DNA of 64,000 nucleotides from Octopus vulgaris (Eukaryota): NCBI GenBank assembly GCA_951406725.2, contig OX597814.1, positions 22,010,001 to 22,074,000 of the forward strand, read 5' to 3'. Shown piece by piece: positions 51,660 to 64,000 of this stretch (position 1 is its first letter; each line of letters starts with the position of its first letter). The notes under the pieces were generated by a model. It saw only the letters and a program-made list of their open reading frames with translations, ran no database searches and was not told where the DNA came from. The position numbers and the translations under genes were made by a program.

Positions 51660-52324
51660 GACTTAGGCTTACATAGACAGAAGCCCACTTACTGGAAGCT
51701 GAACACATCATTGCCGGCGCGTAAAGATTTCAGAGACTGAATCCATCATGAAGATCGCCCCGCCGCCTTCCTGTGACCGGGAAGGAAAGGCTGTTTTTAT
51801 ATGCCTGGTGACTATAGTAACAGAGGTTGTATGGTGGACGAGATTGAAGGAGCTGAAGACAAACACTTTTCTATTTGACCAACCCCTGATGAATTTCTTC
51901 AAGTTTCACGTAAAAGGGAAAATAAGGGTAGAGAGGGAAGTGTTGTCTTCAAGCCACTTTGCTGAATGGTGGATGAAAGTGGCAAGAATGGTGCGAGTGA
52001 ACGGGCCTACGCCGAGCATACCCTTGTAGTTGGGAAAAAGGAAAGAAAAAAGGCACCTGCCCCAAAAGTCAGGGTACCCATGGTTTTTTATAGGATTTTT
52101 CCATGAGGAGCCCTTGAACGTCTCCACCCTATTAAGGATTACACATTGCTGATTTCTTTCTTTTTTCTTTATTAATTTTGGTCATCTTGTTTACGCGCAA
52201 AACCTTCACAACAACACACATTCACATACATACACACACATACACACACACACATTCATTGTTTTTCTTATGCTGTCCATAATGTTTTTTCTTAAAATAA
52301 GCCCTTGTGGTTAATAAAGAAATC
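51660..52324 (+). mobile_element. Tx1/L1-like LINE 3' fragment
   Basis: VVWWTR...L.NFFKFH.K.KIRVER..L....F..WW resembles the L1/Tx1 C-terminus. The 3' UTR ends agcccttgtggttaataaagaaat. Confidence 0.65.
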
Positions 52325-52344
52325 ATTATTATTACTATTATTCA

Positions 52345-52812
52345 AGGCGGTGAGCTGGCAGAATCGTTAGCACGCTGTACGAAATGCTTAGCAGTATTTC
52401 GCCAGTGCTGAGTTCAAATTCCGCCGAGGTCGACTTTGTTTTCATACTTTCGAGGTCAATACAATAATGTAACATTCAAGCACTGGACTTGATGTCATCG
52501 ACTGTCTCACCCACCAAAAGCTTTAGGCCTTGTGCATATGATAGAAAGGATTATTATTATGTTTGACTTTAAGGGCGGCAAGCTAGCAGAACCGTTAGCA
52601 CGCTGAGCAAAACACTTAGCGGCATTTCGTCCGTCACTACGTTCTGAGTTCAAATTCCGTCGAGGTCGACCTTGCTTTTCATCCTTTTTGGGTCTATGAA
52701 TCAAGTACCAGTCATGTGCTGAGGTCCATGAATCAAGTACCAGTCATGTACTGAGGTCGGTGTGATCGACCTAATCCCTTCCCCCAAAATTCCAGGCCTT
52801 GTGCCTTTAGTA
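52345..52812 (+). mobile_element. Two older SINE family A copies in tandem
   Basis: Two heads, ggcggtgagctggcagaatcgttagc and ggcggcaagctagcagaaccgttagc. Confidence 0.8.
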
Positions 52813-53807
52813 GTGTAGCAATAACCATTTTATCCATTTTGAAATGTGGCGCGAATTGGCAATATGACGTAATGTCGTATTGCCGAGGAATTATCATTTT
52901 CGTTTTTTCAATTGGTTAATATAACTGCTCATATAAAGATTCTAGAAGTTTCGAAAAGAATATCTGTCATGGATTTCGATTCTTTTTAGTCAAGTTGAGC
53001 AGTTATAAAAACCCTGGATTTTGGAAAATATTTCAGTGTTCGTTGGTTGTCACATAACTCCACGTCACTCACTCTTTTGGAGACATCGGTTATTTTTATG
53101 CCATGTCTAAGTTAATCACAAATCTATTTTGATTTGTTGGTTAATGTATTAGATAGAAAGAAGAAATTAGCTAAGGAATTTATAGTCGTTTTTCTTCACG
53201 ACAAAGTTATCTTTCTTACTGTAAATAATATAAAATGTTATATTTATATAATAAAAGATAATTAAAAAGAAAATGTTTCTCTTCACGTTTGTTTTTCAAC
53301 TGAGCATAGATAAATATGCATTTCTGTAATCTTTGATTTATGTTTCTTATAGCGGTTTAAAGGGCACGATTAAAATATTCAACATACATGTCATTAATAT
53401 AGCGTTCCATGCGTATATGTCTATATGACGTTATAACTGTAGTTAGGGATTTTAGGTATAATGATAACACTTTAGTATAAGTGACGTTGAATCATTATAT
53501 TCTCCCTTACTCAGAGAAAAGCCAAAAATTATGTCCGTATGCTACGAAAAAAAAAGAAATTTATAATAAAACTAAATGAATAAGATTGTATTTATATAGA
53601 GAGGAACTTACGTAAGGTATGTGAGGTACCCACAAGTATGAGCTATTGCAGTTTACTTAATTTGGGGAAGCCAAAAGTTTGGTGCATATATTTGTTTGCC
53701 TCTTTTGATTTCATTCTAAATGATTCAGTAATAATAAAGAGTGCTCTTGCTTTGAGATGCCAAATTATTTCGATTGCTATCTCCACGTCCTTATATTTAC
53801 ATTTTTT

Positions 53808-54713
53808 TTACTTTACTCTTTTACTTGTTTCAGTCATATGACTGTGGCCATGCTGGAGCACTGCCTTTAGCCGAGCAAATCGGCCCCAGTACTTATTCTT
53901 TATAAGCCTAGTACTTATTCTATCGGTCTCGGGATCCATCGGTGGACAACCATTGTTGTCCACATTCTTTCTTTTTTTTCCTTTCGAGGGAGTTACCTCC
54001 TCCTCGACTTTTTCTACACCTCCCTCCTTTATATGCTCAGGAGGCTCCGCTGGAGGAAAAACATCCTCCTCTATTAATTTTTCCAGTGCCCTTGCATGGT
54101 TGTTGGGGCACTTCCTCTTATTGTGACCCGATTCAAGGCACAGCTGACACTTGGGGGGACGTCCCTCAAGAGTCACTGGATACCTAGAACCGACCATCTT
54201 TAGAAAATCTGGGAAGACCAGATCTTTGGCTGATTGGGTCCATAGTGTCAAAATTGCTTTTGACCCCACCCAGTCAGCCACAGGAAGCATTCTAACATTC
54301 AAGAGCCTGGCTCCACTGCCACCCAGACCCCGGTGGATGGTATCCTCTATCCACTCAGGCTCTATTCCGGGTGGCAGGCCACTCACCCAGCCTCTTATCA
54401 ATTTCCTTCCCCGATATGTGGGGCGAAACAAAAATTTTTCCCCTTCTAGGGGCTGACTAGCAAACAAGCTAGCCTCTTTAGGGGTGTCAAACAGTAACCA
54501 TACTGTTGCAAATTTGGCAACCCTTGCGATATACTTGATAGTTGGTAGGTATTCTGCCAATTCTTTTTTAATTTCGTCCTGAGAGAACACAGTGATGGTG
54601 TCGAGTGACTTGGAGTATGTCCTCAACACCACCATTCTCTCATTTCGGTCCTCTATCGACTGCTTGGGGGGCACAATTTCCCACTCCAGCACAGTGGTTT
54701 TCTTTGTTGCCAT
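53808..54713 (-). CDS. Gag-like LINE ORF1 (CCHC knuckle) reading through into a SINE family C tail
   Basis: 301 aa with CQLCLESGHNKRKC. The last ~40 codons (53808-53930) are SINE C sequence. Confidence 0.75.
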   Translation of the reverse strand: MATKKTTVLEWEIVPPKQSIEDRNERMVVLRTYSKSLDTITVFSQDEIKKELAEYLPTIKYIARVAKFATVWLLFDTPKEASLFASQPLEGEKFLFRPTYRGRKLIRGWVSGLPPGIEPEWIEDTIHRGLGGSGARLLNVRMLPVADWVGSKAILTLWTQSAKDLVFPDFLKMVGSRYPVTLEGRPPKCQLCLESGHNKRKCPNNHARALEKLIEEDVFPPAEPPEHIKEGGVEKVEEEVTPSKGKKRKNVDNNGCPPMDPETDRISTRLIKNKYWGRFARLKAVLQHGHSHMTETSKRVK

Positions 54714-54976
54714 GATTTAAAACCACAAAGAAACAAAAAAAGAGTTCAACAAAAGTTCAAATGTTCTAAATAAAAGTTCAGTAATAAACACAAAAAAAGA
54801 ACGGAAAGACAGAGCAGAGAAAAGAACGAAGGAAGACAGTTCAATCAACGGCAACACAATTCCACAACTCTGATACAGGTACTCCAGCTGCAAAAATAGT
54901 CCTGCCTGCCTTGGTACTCCTTGGTAATCCAGTGGAAATTCACAGACACGAAGACAATTTTCGTAAACAAATTAAT

Positions 54977-55345
54977 TTTCTTCTGGTCAAGTAGCCCATC
55001 CCGCTCAAAAGGTCCCTGAATAAGGGTTGTTTAAGGATGTTGAACGAACCACCCATGTTTCCAGAGGTGAATTATTCAAATCCCAAAGAATCCCTCTCAA
55101 TACATGTCTATGATGCTCCCCCACTACTTCTGCTCGTGATCAGAGATGCACATATCGTCAGCCACTAAGGGACATGCTCAACTGGTTAAGGTCAAACAAC
55201 TGACAAGCAAATCCGTGGTATTGAGCAGAATATTTGCTGTAGCCCATCTTTTATACCAAGACAAATCAATGTACATGATAACACTTCCAATCAGTTAAGA
55301 TCAGAAACCACGAGAGCCACTACCTCGTACTGCAACAGGGCATCT
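54977..55345 (-). mobile_element. Second copy of the (TAA)n-associated non-coding repeat
   Basis: Reverse complement of ~9812-10120 with extra 5' sequence, next to (TAT)n. Confidence 0.8.
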
Positions 55346-55347
55346 TA

Positions 55348-55444
<97 letters not shown>

Positions 55445-55514
55445 CATTATCAGTATTATTATTATTATCATTATTATTTTTATTAGTATCATTATCATTA
55501 TTATTATTATGATG

Positions 55515-57692
55515 TTTTTTCCTTCTTCAAATTTTCTTCCGTTTCTCGCCGAGTGTTTTCCATACACGTAGGGCAGAGAAGGGTATTGCATGCATTCCCA
55601 GATTACACGCGCAGATTCACATATAAATATGTATTTAAAAATTAATAAATAAATAAATTCATGGATGGATGTTATTTTCACAGTACATGAGCCGTTCCAG
55701 TCAATACGATTTTTTGCACTTCCTGTAGGGATGGTAAGCCTGGAATCATTTTCAAATAGGTTTCAGTACCTTTTTTTTTATCATTCCTAGAGATCTTACA
55801 ATCACTGGTACTGTAGTCGCCTTGAGATGCCACATTTTTTCAATTTCTATAAGTAGGTCTTTATATTTACTAATCTTGTCAAATTCTTTCGCTGCTATAT
55901 TGTGATCACAGGGAATACTCATGTCAATTAATAAACACATCCTTTTTGTCTGATCTTTTATAATAATATCCGGTTTATTAGCTTTTATAGTCCTGTCGGT
56001 CTGCACGGGGAAGTCCCATAGAATCGACACATTTTCTCCCTCAGTAACAGCTTCAGGATGATGTTTATACCATTTGTCAGCGGTTTTGATTTTATAATGC
56101 CGACATATTGCCCAATGTAAATACTGGCCGACTCTGTCATATCTTGCTTTATATTCTGCAGGTGCTAAGACTCTACACCCTGAGATTAGGTGGTCTATTG
56201 TTTCAATCTCATCGTTACAGAATCGGCATTTTGGGTCAGCTCCATTTTTCATCACATTGGCTTGGTAGTTCCAGGTTAATAAGCTTTGGTCTTGAGCAGC
56301 TAATAAGAAACCTCCACTCTCTGCTTTTAGCCCTGAGCTTCGTAACCATTGGTGCGTGTGTTTCTGGTCGACATCAGCTTGTTTGCTACGGGCCACATAC
56401 TTGCCATGGAGAGGTTTCTGTTCCCATCTGCTAGCTAAATTTTCATGTGCTTTTGTCTTTGCAATTAATTTTATTTTCTTTGCAGCTGCAGTTGGCGCAT
56501 TTCCTTCAGCCTGCTCAATCTGGAGGGTATCTAAGAGATCAGCAGCGAATTTTTTCCTCTCTTTGAGAATAGAGTGAAGTTTTTTAGGTCTTTCATGTTT
56601 TTCAACAAGTTTTAGCAACCAATCGTTGGTTGCTTCAAGGTATTTAGCCAGTCCATTGTGGTAGTTTTGTATGCACGTTCAAGCTGGATCAAACCTCGAC
56701 CTCCCTGAGCTCTGGGAAGGTAAAGGCGATCCACGTCTGCCTTTGGATGGTGCATCTTATTACAAGTCAGTAGCTTGCGGATTTTTCGGTCAATTTTCAT
56801 TATTTCACTGGTATTCCAGTTAAGCACATTGAAGCTATAAAGAACAACTGGTACTGCTAAGGAATTTATGGTTAAAACCTTATTATATGCATTCAGCTCA
56901 GACTTCAGGACTGCTCGAACTCTTCTATAACAATCTTTCCTAACCTTCTCTTTCATGCTTGCATGCTGGATACCAGAGCCTTCATTTATTCCTAGGTATT
57001 TATAGGTTTGTTCCTGCTCAAGTTCCTTTATTACTATTTCGACATCTAATTCGATTGAACTAGACTTTACCAATTTCCCTTTCTTAAAAGTGGCTTTGGC
57101 ACACTTTTCAAGGTCAAACTCCATCCCGATATCATCACTGAATCCTTTCACAGTATGTAATAATCCTTCAAGCTCTTCATCATCTTTACCATATAGCTTT
57201 AAGTCATCCATATAAAATAGATGGCTTATTTTCCTGTTGTCAATTTTGTAGCCATATCCTGTTCTATTCAGTTCACTTGAGAGTGGTATTAGTGCTATGC
57301 AGAAAATTAGTGGTGAAAGTGAGTCACCTTGGAAAATTCCACAGTTTATGCTAATGTTGTTTGAGTGCAATACTCCATTAGAATGATATAATTGGAGCTT
57401 CGTATTCCATAGTGACATATTATACTTTTTAAAAATCTGAAATCACAGGAGAAATTTTGAAAATGTCCAGCGATTTCAGAATCCACGAATGTGGTATGCT
57501 GTCAAAGGCTTTTTTATAATCAATCCATGAAAAGCTGAGATTTCTGCGCTTGTTATGGCAGTTCCCAAGGATCGTGCGATTAATTAGGAGCTGATCTTTG
57601 CATCCGTATGAGCCTCGTCTGCATCCTTTTTGTTCAGTGGGAAAGAGGTTATTCTCTTCCATAAACGTATATGTTTTCTCTACTAGAATAGA
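55515..57692 (-). mobile_element. 5'-truncated R4/Dong-clade LINE between (TAA)n tracts
   Basis: ORFs 57429-57662, 56612-57418 and 55752-56618 contain EQKGCR, IDYKKAFDS, GIFQGDSLSP, YMDDLKLY, YKYLG, CRFC..ETIDHLISGC and KPDIII..IDMSIP. Few frameshifts. Confidence 0.93.
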
Positions 57693-57704
57693 TTATTATT
57701 GTAA

Positions 57705-57769
<65 letters not shown>

Positions 57770-60240
57770 GGTTCTGATCCTAAATACGGATGCATAAAAG
57801 GCAATGGATGCACCTTATTCCATCCTAAACTGTGCCAAACGTCTGTCTCACAAAGGATGTGCCTGAACCCAGAATGCAACCACCACCATCTGAAGGGCAC
57901 AAAACGATCACAGAATAAATATAAACAGGAACAGAGGAAATCTAGGACAACAACAAGAACAAAATACAACCACGTTTCCCCTCCTACAATCAAACAACGT
58001 AGACAGAACCATGAAAAAACACCAAATAACGCCAACATGAAATATGTATCCTCTGACCAAGTGGCAAACCAAACAAGTAACTCTTTTTACTGACAAACCT
58101 AGAAAATATGAAGGCCGACCTAAGCCAGGAGATCCAGCGAGCTATCACCGACCATCTATGCAAATCACAAGGACCACTCACCCATTACCAACTTCCCTTA
58201 CCTCGACATTCCTGTTAAATGTACGTGGCATCAACCCATCAATTATTGCCCAAAAATGGAAGATCCCATATATAGAGAGTTGGCTTGCCGAAATGGCACA
58301 TTGCTTCCCTTTCTTTATCCTTACCGAGACTCACCTGAACAACACCCATATGGACGCAGAGGTGAAAATAAAAGATTTCACCATTGTTCGTGCGGATCGC
58401 ACAGACCGAAATAAGGGAGGGACAGCCATCTTTATCCATGACTCCTTTTCACTTGATGCCAAGGACATATTTTCCAATGGCTACTGTGAATCGGTATCAC
58501 TATACAACAAAGCCAAGGACATAACCATTGCTGGTCTTTACAGGCCTCCCCACGCACCTCTAAAGTACTTTGAAGAGTGCCTTAGCAAAGTCAAGTCCTT
58601 CCTTCGGAAGTACCACTCCGGAAACATACTAGTGATGGGTGATTTTAACCTCCCTCATGTGAACTGGCCCACAAATACTCTGAAGTTAGGCAAGTGCTCT
58701 ACATCAGATAGAGCAGCAGCAGAACTGCTCTTTAATCTGATGGATGAGTATTTCCTGACTCAGCTAGTGCTTGAACCAACGAGACAGAATAAAACGATCT
58801 TGGATCTGGTATTGACCAATCACTCTAGCTACGTTCACAGTATTTCAGTCGAAAAAACTCTCCTCTCAGACCACGACATGGTACTCTGCAATCTTAATTC
58901 CCGACATATAAAAACCAAACCAGCCAATCCCACTCCATGGCACCCATTTGACAACATAAACTTCCACAAAGCGGACTGGGGAACAATCAGAAAGGATCTG
59001 TCTTCCATCGACTGGTCTTTTACTCTCAATTCCTCTCATATTGAAACCGCATGGCAGCACTTTGAAAACATTGTCACCTATACATGCTCTAAACACGCTC
59101 CCAAGAAATCTACTAACACAAACAGAAACCGGCTCCCTAAAAAGAAAAAAACACTCATCAGGCGCATCAAAAGACTCAACAAAAAAATCAACCAATTAAA
59201 ATATTCCCACACACAACATCCATATTCAACAACAATGAAAAGACTAGAGCTGGAAAAACTTCATCTGCAGACCAACATGAAAACCTCCATTGAAAATCAA
59301 AGAGCTGTGGAGGAACAATGGGTAATCAAAAACATCAAACAGAACCCAAAAGTGTTCTATTCTTATGCAAATAAGCATAGAACCACTGTCTCACCCATTG
59401 GGCCATTGATTGATGATAACGGCATTCCCCAACACGATGCTAAAGAAATGGCAGAAATACTGCAGAAACAATACTGCTCTGTCTTTAGTGTTCCCACTGA
59501 TATTGACGTAAGTTGACTCCCAACGAAGTTGACTCCCAACACAAAATCTCAGACATAACCATCACTGCCACCGACATCGTAGCAGCAATAAATGAGGTCA
59601 AACATTACTCTGCTGTAGGCCCTGATAGATTTCCCGCTAGTCTCCTGAAGGAATGTAGATACCAACTTGCAGTCCCTCTGACCAACCTCTGGAGAAATTC
59701 GTTAGACGCAGGTTATATACCGAAACAGTTTCTATCCCAGTCGGTTATCCCGGTTTTCAAACAGGGAAACAGATCCCTCGCAGTCAACTATCGCCCAATC
59801 TCACTCACCTCCCACATCATTAAAGTGTTTGAAAGAGTGTTAAGATCAAGGATAGCTGACTTCCTGGAGACCCACAAACTCCTAAATGCAAATCAGCATG
59901 GCTTTCGCTGTGGCAGGGACTGTCTAACACAGCTCTTACACCACATTGAAGATGTACTCAAAGCCTTGGGAAAAGGTTCGAACTCTGACGTCATATATCT
60001 TGACTTCAGTAAAGCGTTCGACAAGGTAGACCATAACATCCTACTCTCAAAATTGGCAAACGTTGGAATCCGTAGAAAAGTTCTACCTTGGATTAAGTAT
60101 TTCCTGGCGAATAGAACACAACATGTTGTAGTTTGATGGAGTCCACTCAAACCCAGCAAAAGTCACCAGCGGTGTTCCCCAGGGAACTGTTTTGGGTCCG
60201 CTACTCTTCATAATTTACGTAAACGACCTTTCCAGTGTCG
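57770..60240 (+). mobile_element. CR1/Jockey-group LINE, truncated at both ends (zinc-finger region, EN, partial RT)
   Basis: Upstream GCIKGNGCTLFHPKLC...C....C.HHH zinc-finger-like segment. ORF 58044-59516 has LTETHL, YRPP, GDFN and SDH. ORF 59513-60136 has GPD, NYRPISLTS, QHGF and LDFSKAFDKV, followed by GVPQGTVLGPLLF. Confidence 0.9.
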
Positions 60241-60740
60241 TATTCATGTTGGTATTATTATTTTTATTTTTATCTTTCCTGGCTAGTTTAATGTTGTTAT
60301 TATTGATCTTAGCTATTAAAGTGGACATATTTGGGAGGGTTGAATAAGAAATCCTAACTGTTTTCTTAGAAATAATTCTATGATATCTATGAGAGATTGG
60401 GAAATTTTTTTCTAGAATTACTTTGAATTTGCTCTGTATATCCGATTGAATCGCACAGTTGAAAGGAATATTCAGCCATATTATATCTTTCTTATTAAAT
60501 TTCCTTGAATTAGAATCAGGGTTCGTAGAATTATTACTATTCATCTTATCAAAGTCATTGTACTTATTACTATTATTTGTGTGCATCTTTGATTTATCTA
60601 ATTCGATTTTATCCGAGTTACCTATGCTTTGGTCTTTTCTTCTATTTGAATTATTGGGCTTGTACGCTAGATTTGCGGTTACCGTGAATCTACTTCTACT
60701 TCTATTTCGGGCCTGGTCTATATTGCTGCTTAGGAAGGGG
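60240..60740 (-). mobile_element. Penelope-like element fragment
   Basis: IIWLNIPFN...F..IL.KNFP..HRYHRII.K.TVRISYS.LPNM..LI resembles the PLE RT C-terminal linker. Confidence 0.7.
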
Positions 60741-61074
60741 GGAAAGAGAGTGAGTGATGGAGGAAGACAGATACATAAAAGAATGAGAGTAGACTTGTCA
60801 GAGTGCGTTTTTTGCCCTAGCAACGGCACCTTTTACTCGCATCCTCATCTCATTTTACATGTCCCTGTAAATTTTGGAGTCAATCCGACGGGATCTAGTG
60901 ACCTTTAACCCGTTCTCAATGCCAAAACCAGACAAACAAACAAACTTTTCGCATTTCAGAATTATAATATAGAGATATTTTTTCATACAAATAAATACAA
61001 TATTTTATTGTACAAACTTTTCGAATAACTTTTCTTTTAATTTAACTTTTGTTCCAAATATTTTTGTTTTAATT

Positions 61075-61810
61075 TTTTTTCAGAACTTGGACCACGGGCT
61101 ATACGTCCCCTGCCCAATTCAAGATCACAACATACATGTACACTGCAACATAATTTTTTTTCAACATATTTGTGCCCTGCCCTATTTAAATAATTCACAA
61201 TGAGTGCAAAGAAACGGAAGTATCTTGAATATATTCGATTTGGATTCATGTCCCTCCAAAAGCGTGACACGGAAGTCCCCCAGTGTGTGATATGTTACAA
61301 AGCTTTGAGCAATGAAAGAATGTGGCCATCACCCTTGGAACATCACTTGAGAGCAACACATCCTGATAAGCACAAAGAATTCTTTGAAACATAAAGACAT
61401 TTCTTGAAACAAGCTAAGTTGGGCGGTAGTAGGACACATCGGTAACAAACTTCAATGCTTGTTGAGGTTTTCTATGAGATCGCCATGTTGATTGCAAAGA
61501 GCAAGATAGAGCCATAACATTGGGGAGTCTCTCCATAAAACCAAGTCTACTCCGTGTAGCAGAGACTCGTTCTGGGAAAGATAGTGCACAAACAAGCTTT
61601 CCCAGATTTCATTATCGAACGATACTGTCAAGGGAAGGATCAACGATTTGTCTCAAGACATCAAAGATCAAATTCTTGACCAAGTAATGAGATTCTCCTG
61701 TTTTTGCCATCCAGTGTGACGAAACGACTGTAATCGCTCAGTGTTCTCAGTTATCTGGTATAAGCTCGTTTTGTATCAGGCAACTGTGGAAAAGAGGAAA
61801 TCTTGTTGTC
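61075..61810 (+). mobile_element. hAT (Buster/Charlie-like) transposase remnant
   Basis: KKRKY..YIRFGF..PQCVIC..LSN..M.PS.L.HHL...HP (BED finger), LSNDTVK.RI.DLS.DIK.Q and FAIQCDETT. Confidence 0.85.
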
Positions 61811-61819
61811 ACCCTATAA

Positions 61820-61874
<55 letters not shown>

Positions 61875-62470
61875 CACTGTGTGTCTGTGTGTGTGTCTGC
61901 AGTCTGGATTATAATTTACTAGAATGTATATATAGAACTCCCTTGTTGTAGGTACCACGTATCAGACGGGTTTCACATACTAATGTAGCACAATCAACCG
62001 GTAGTGTCCCAGCATGGCCACAGCTTTCGGGATGAAACAATTTTAAGGATTTATCAACTATATATATATATAGGGAGAGAGAATGTCTGTCTGTCTGTGT
62101 GAATCCGTAAAACTATGAGAACTGACACAACAAAATTCATTCACATTTTACACATGCCTTACTTAGAGTCCATGTAGTATCATAGGGGCCCAAAAATGTT
62201 TAACTTGGCTAGTGCGCGCCCACATGAAAAGCATATATTCTCCACTATTTAAGTATTACGTTTCAAAAGTGTAACATCTCTCTATTGTAAGGTTCAGATA
62301 TATTAACTTAATAGTTTCACTTCAATACTGAACCTATTAAAGCGAATCTATTATCTCGACCTATATACAGGAATACATACATATACACATACATACTTAT
62401 CATACATACATACATGGCTAAACTCGGCCTCTGATATATATATATATAGCAGAGAAATACACATATATAT

Positions 62471-62512
<42 letters not shown>

Positions 62513-62865
62513 TTATATATATATATATATACATATATACACATATATATTATGTATATTTATGTATATATATATATATATATGACTGTGTGTGTGAATA
62601 TATATTATATAATATATAAATAGATGCATATATATATACATGTATATCTATGTATATATATAGATGTATATGTATATATATATATATGTATGTATGTACA
62701 GATGTATATGTATACATGTATATGTTTATATGTATATATGTATGTATATATATATATATGTAATGTAATATGTACACATGTATATATATATAAATACACA
62801 TATATACATGCATAGATATATACACCCATGCACACATACATACACACAAAAATATATATACATAA

Positions 62866-63035
62866 GTGCAGGTGTGGCAGTGTGGTAACAAATTTGATTC
62901 CAAAACACAGGGTCCTGGGCTCAGTCCCACTGTGTGGTGAAGTTGGCATGTGTCTTCTGTTGTGCACTCTCTGAGACCAACCAAAGCCTTGTCAGTGAAT
63001 TTTGTAGACAGAAACTGATATCCAGCAATCGTCAT
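62866..63035 (+). mobile_element. Diverged SINE family C 5' half
   Basis: gtggcagtgtggtaac...gggctcagtcccactg...accaaagccttgtcagtg. Confidence 0.65.
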
Positions 63036-63409
63036 ATATATACACATACACTATATATATTAAAAGCGAAGGTGACATATTCGAATGGGTATATATTTAT
63101 AAAACTAGAAGTTTAAAAACGCCACTATATGAGATAAATTTTTATTTTCTTAGAGATCATATACATGTATCGGTTCATATTCTTGAAGAAACGAACCTCA
63201 TCAAAAATATTTTAATAAAATTAAGTGTAATAAAAAGTTCATAATTATTTTTACTAGTCATCAACAAAGTCCACGTGGTGGTGTTTTGTGTGGGTGGGGA
63301 ACCGGACAAATTCGTTGGCTGTAATTTTTCACAATTACATATAACGCACAAGGTACGTAGAATGTACGGACGCGTTGTCTTTCAATATCTTTCTTTACGT
63401 CTTACCGGG

Positions 63410-63468
<59 letters not shown>

Positions 63469-64000
63469 ACATTTAGGTTAGCTAAAATATGTTTGTGACA
63501 TATTTGAACAGCTACAGGGCAAATTCACTGCAGTTACCTTGTGAAATACGTAAATATGTTCGCTTATGGTTAAAAAAAAAAGGTGTTAGAAAACACCCGG
63601 TTTGTTTAGTGTCATCATCTATCACGAATCTAAGACATCGATGTTTCGAAATACTTGGCTCTTATCAATGGGATGTACCTATGAGAGGCAACTCTGAACA
63701 AATTTATAAAGCAATAATGCTTTATGTAAAATGCAGTCAAACATCGATGTCTGGGATTCCTGATAGATGGCAACTATGAACAAATAGGGTGTTCATGTAC
63801 ACCTGTTTTACCATAAGAGAAATATTTTTTCTACGGTACCTGCAGTAGAATTTGACCTTTTAGCAACTGGAATTTGTCACAAATATATTTTAACTATCCT
63901 ATATTTTGCTGTGCTTAGCACCTAACATTTCCTTATATATATAAGACCAGTCCATCAGATGTAGTTACACATGCTGGTCACGATGCGTTCGCATTGTTTC

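Overview
AT-rich, repeat-dense animal genomic DNA, most likely a coleoid cephalopod (octopus-type tRNA-derived SINEs and abundant (TA)n, (ATAC)n, (GATA)n and (TAA)n tracts; the organism is an inference). Most short ORFs in the track are microsatellite or SINE artefacts. The main host gene is not in the ORF track: the 5' part of a histidine ammonia-lyase (HAL) gene on the minus strand. Its coding exons are 25172-25189, 12130-12204, 10722-10794 and 6119-6185, which splice to MNTAKE-YITLDGYSLTTSALLQLGKGEHLLK-ISDDALERVRKSRDLLNDIVAKNQV-AYGVTTGFGNFARTIIPPNQLA; the gene continues beyond position 1. This HAL appears to have turned its N-terminal-domain exons into 5' UTR while keeping a U12-type (minor spliceosome) intron there (25194-25605). 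A second, unrecognised minus-strand gene probably encodes a very small secreted peptide precursor (signal-peptide exon 49238-49361). The rest is layered transposable elements: R4/Dong-type, HERO/NeSL-type, RTE, CR1/Jockey and Tx1/L1 LINEs, Penelope-like fragments including a degenerate hammerhead ribozyme, a non-autonomous LTR element, Chapaev3, mariner, Tc1, hAT, a long-TIR MITE and three SINE families. All calls were made by eye without database searches.
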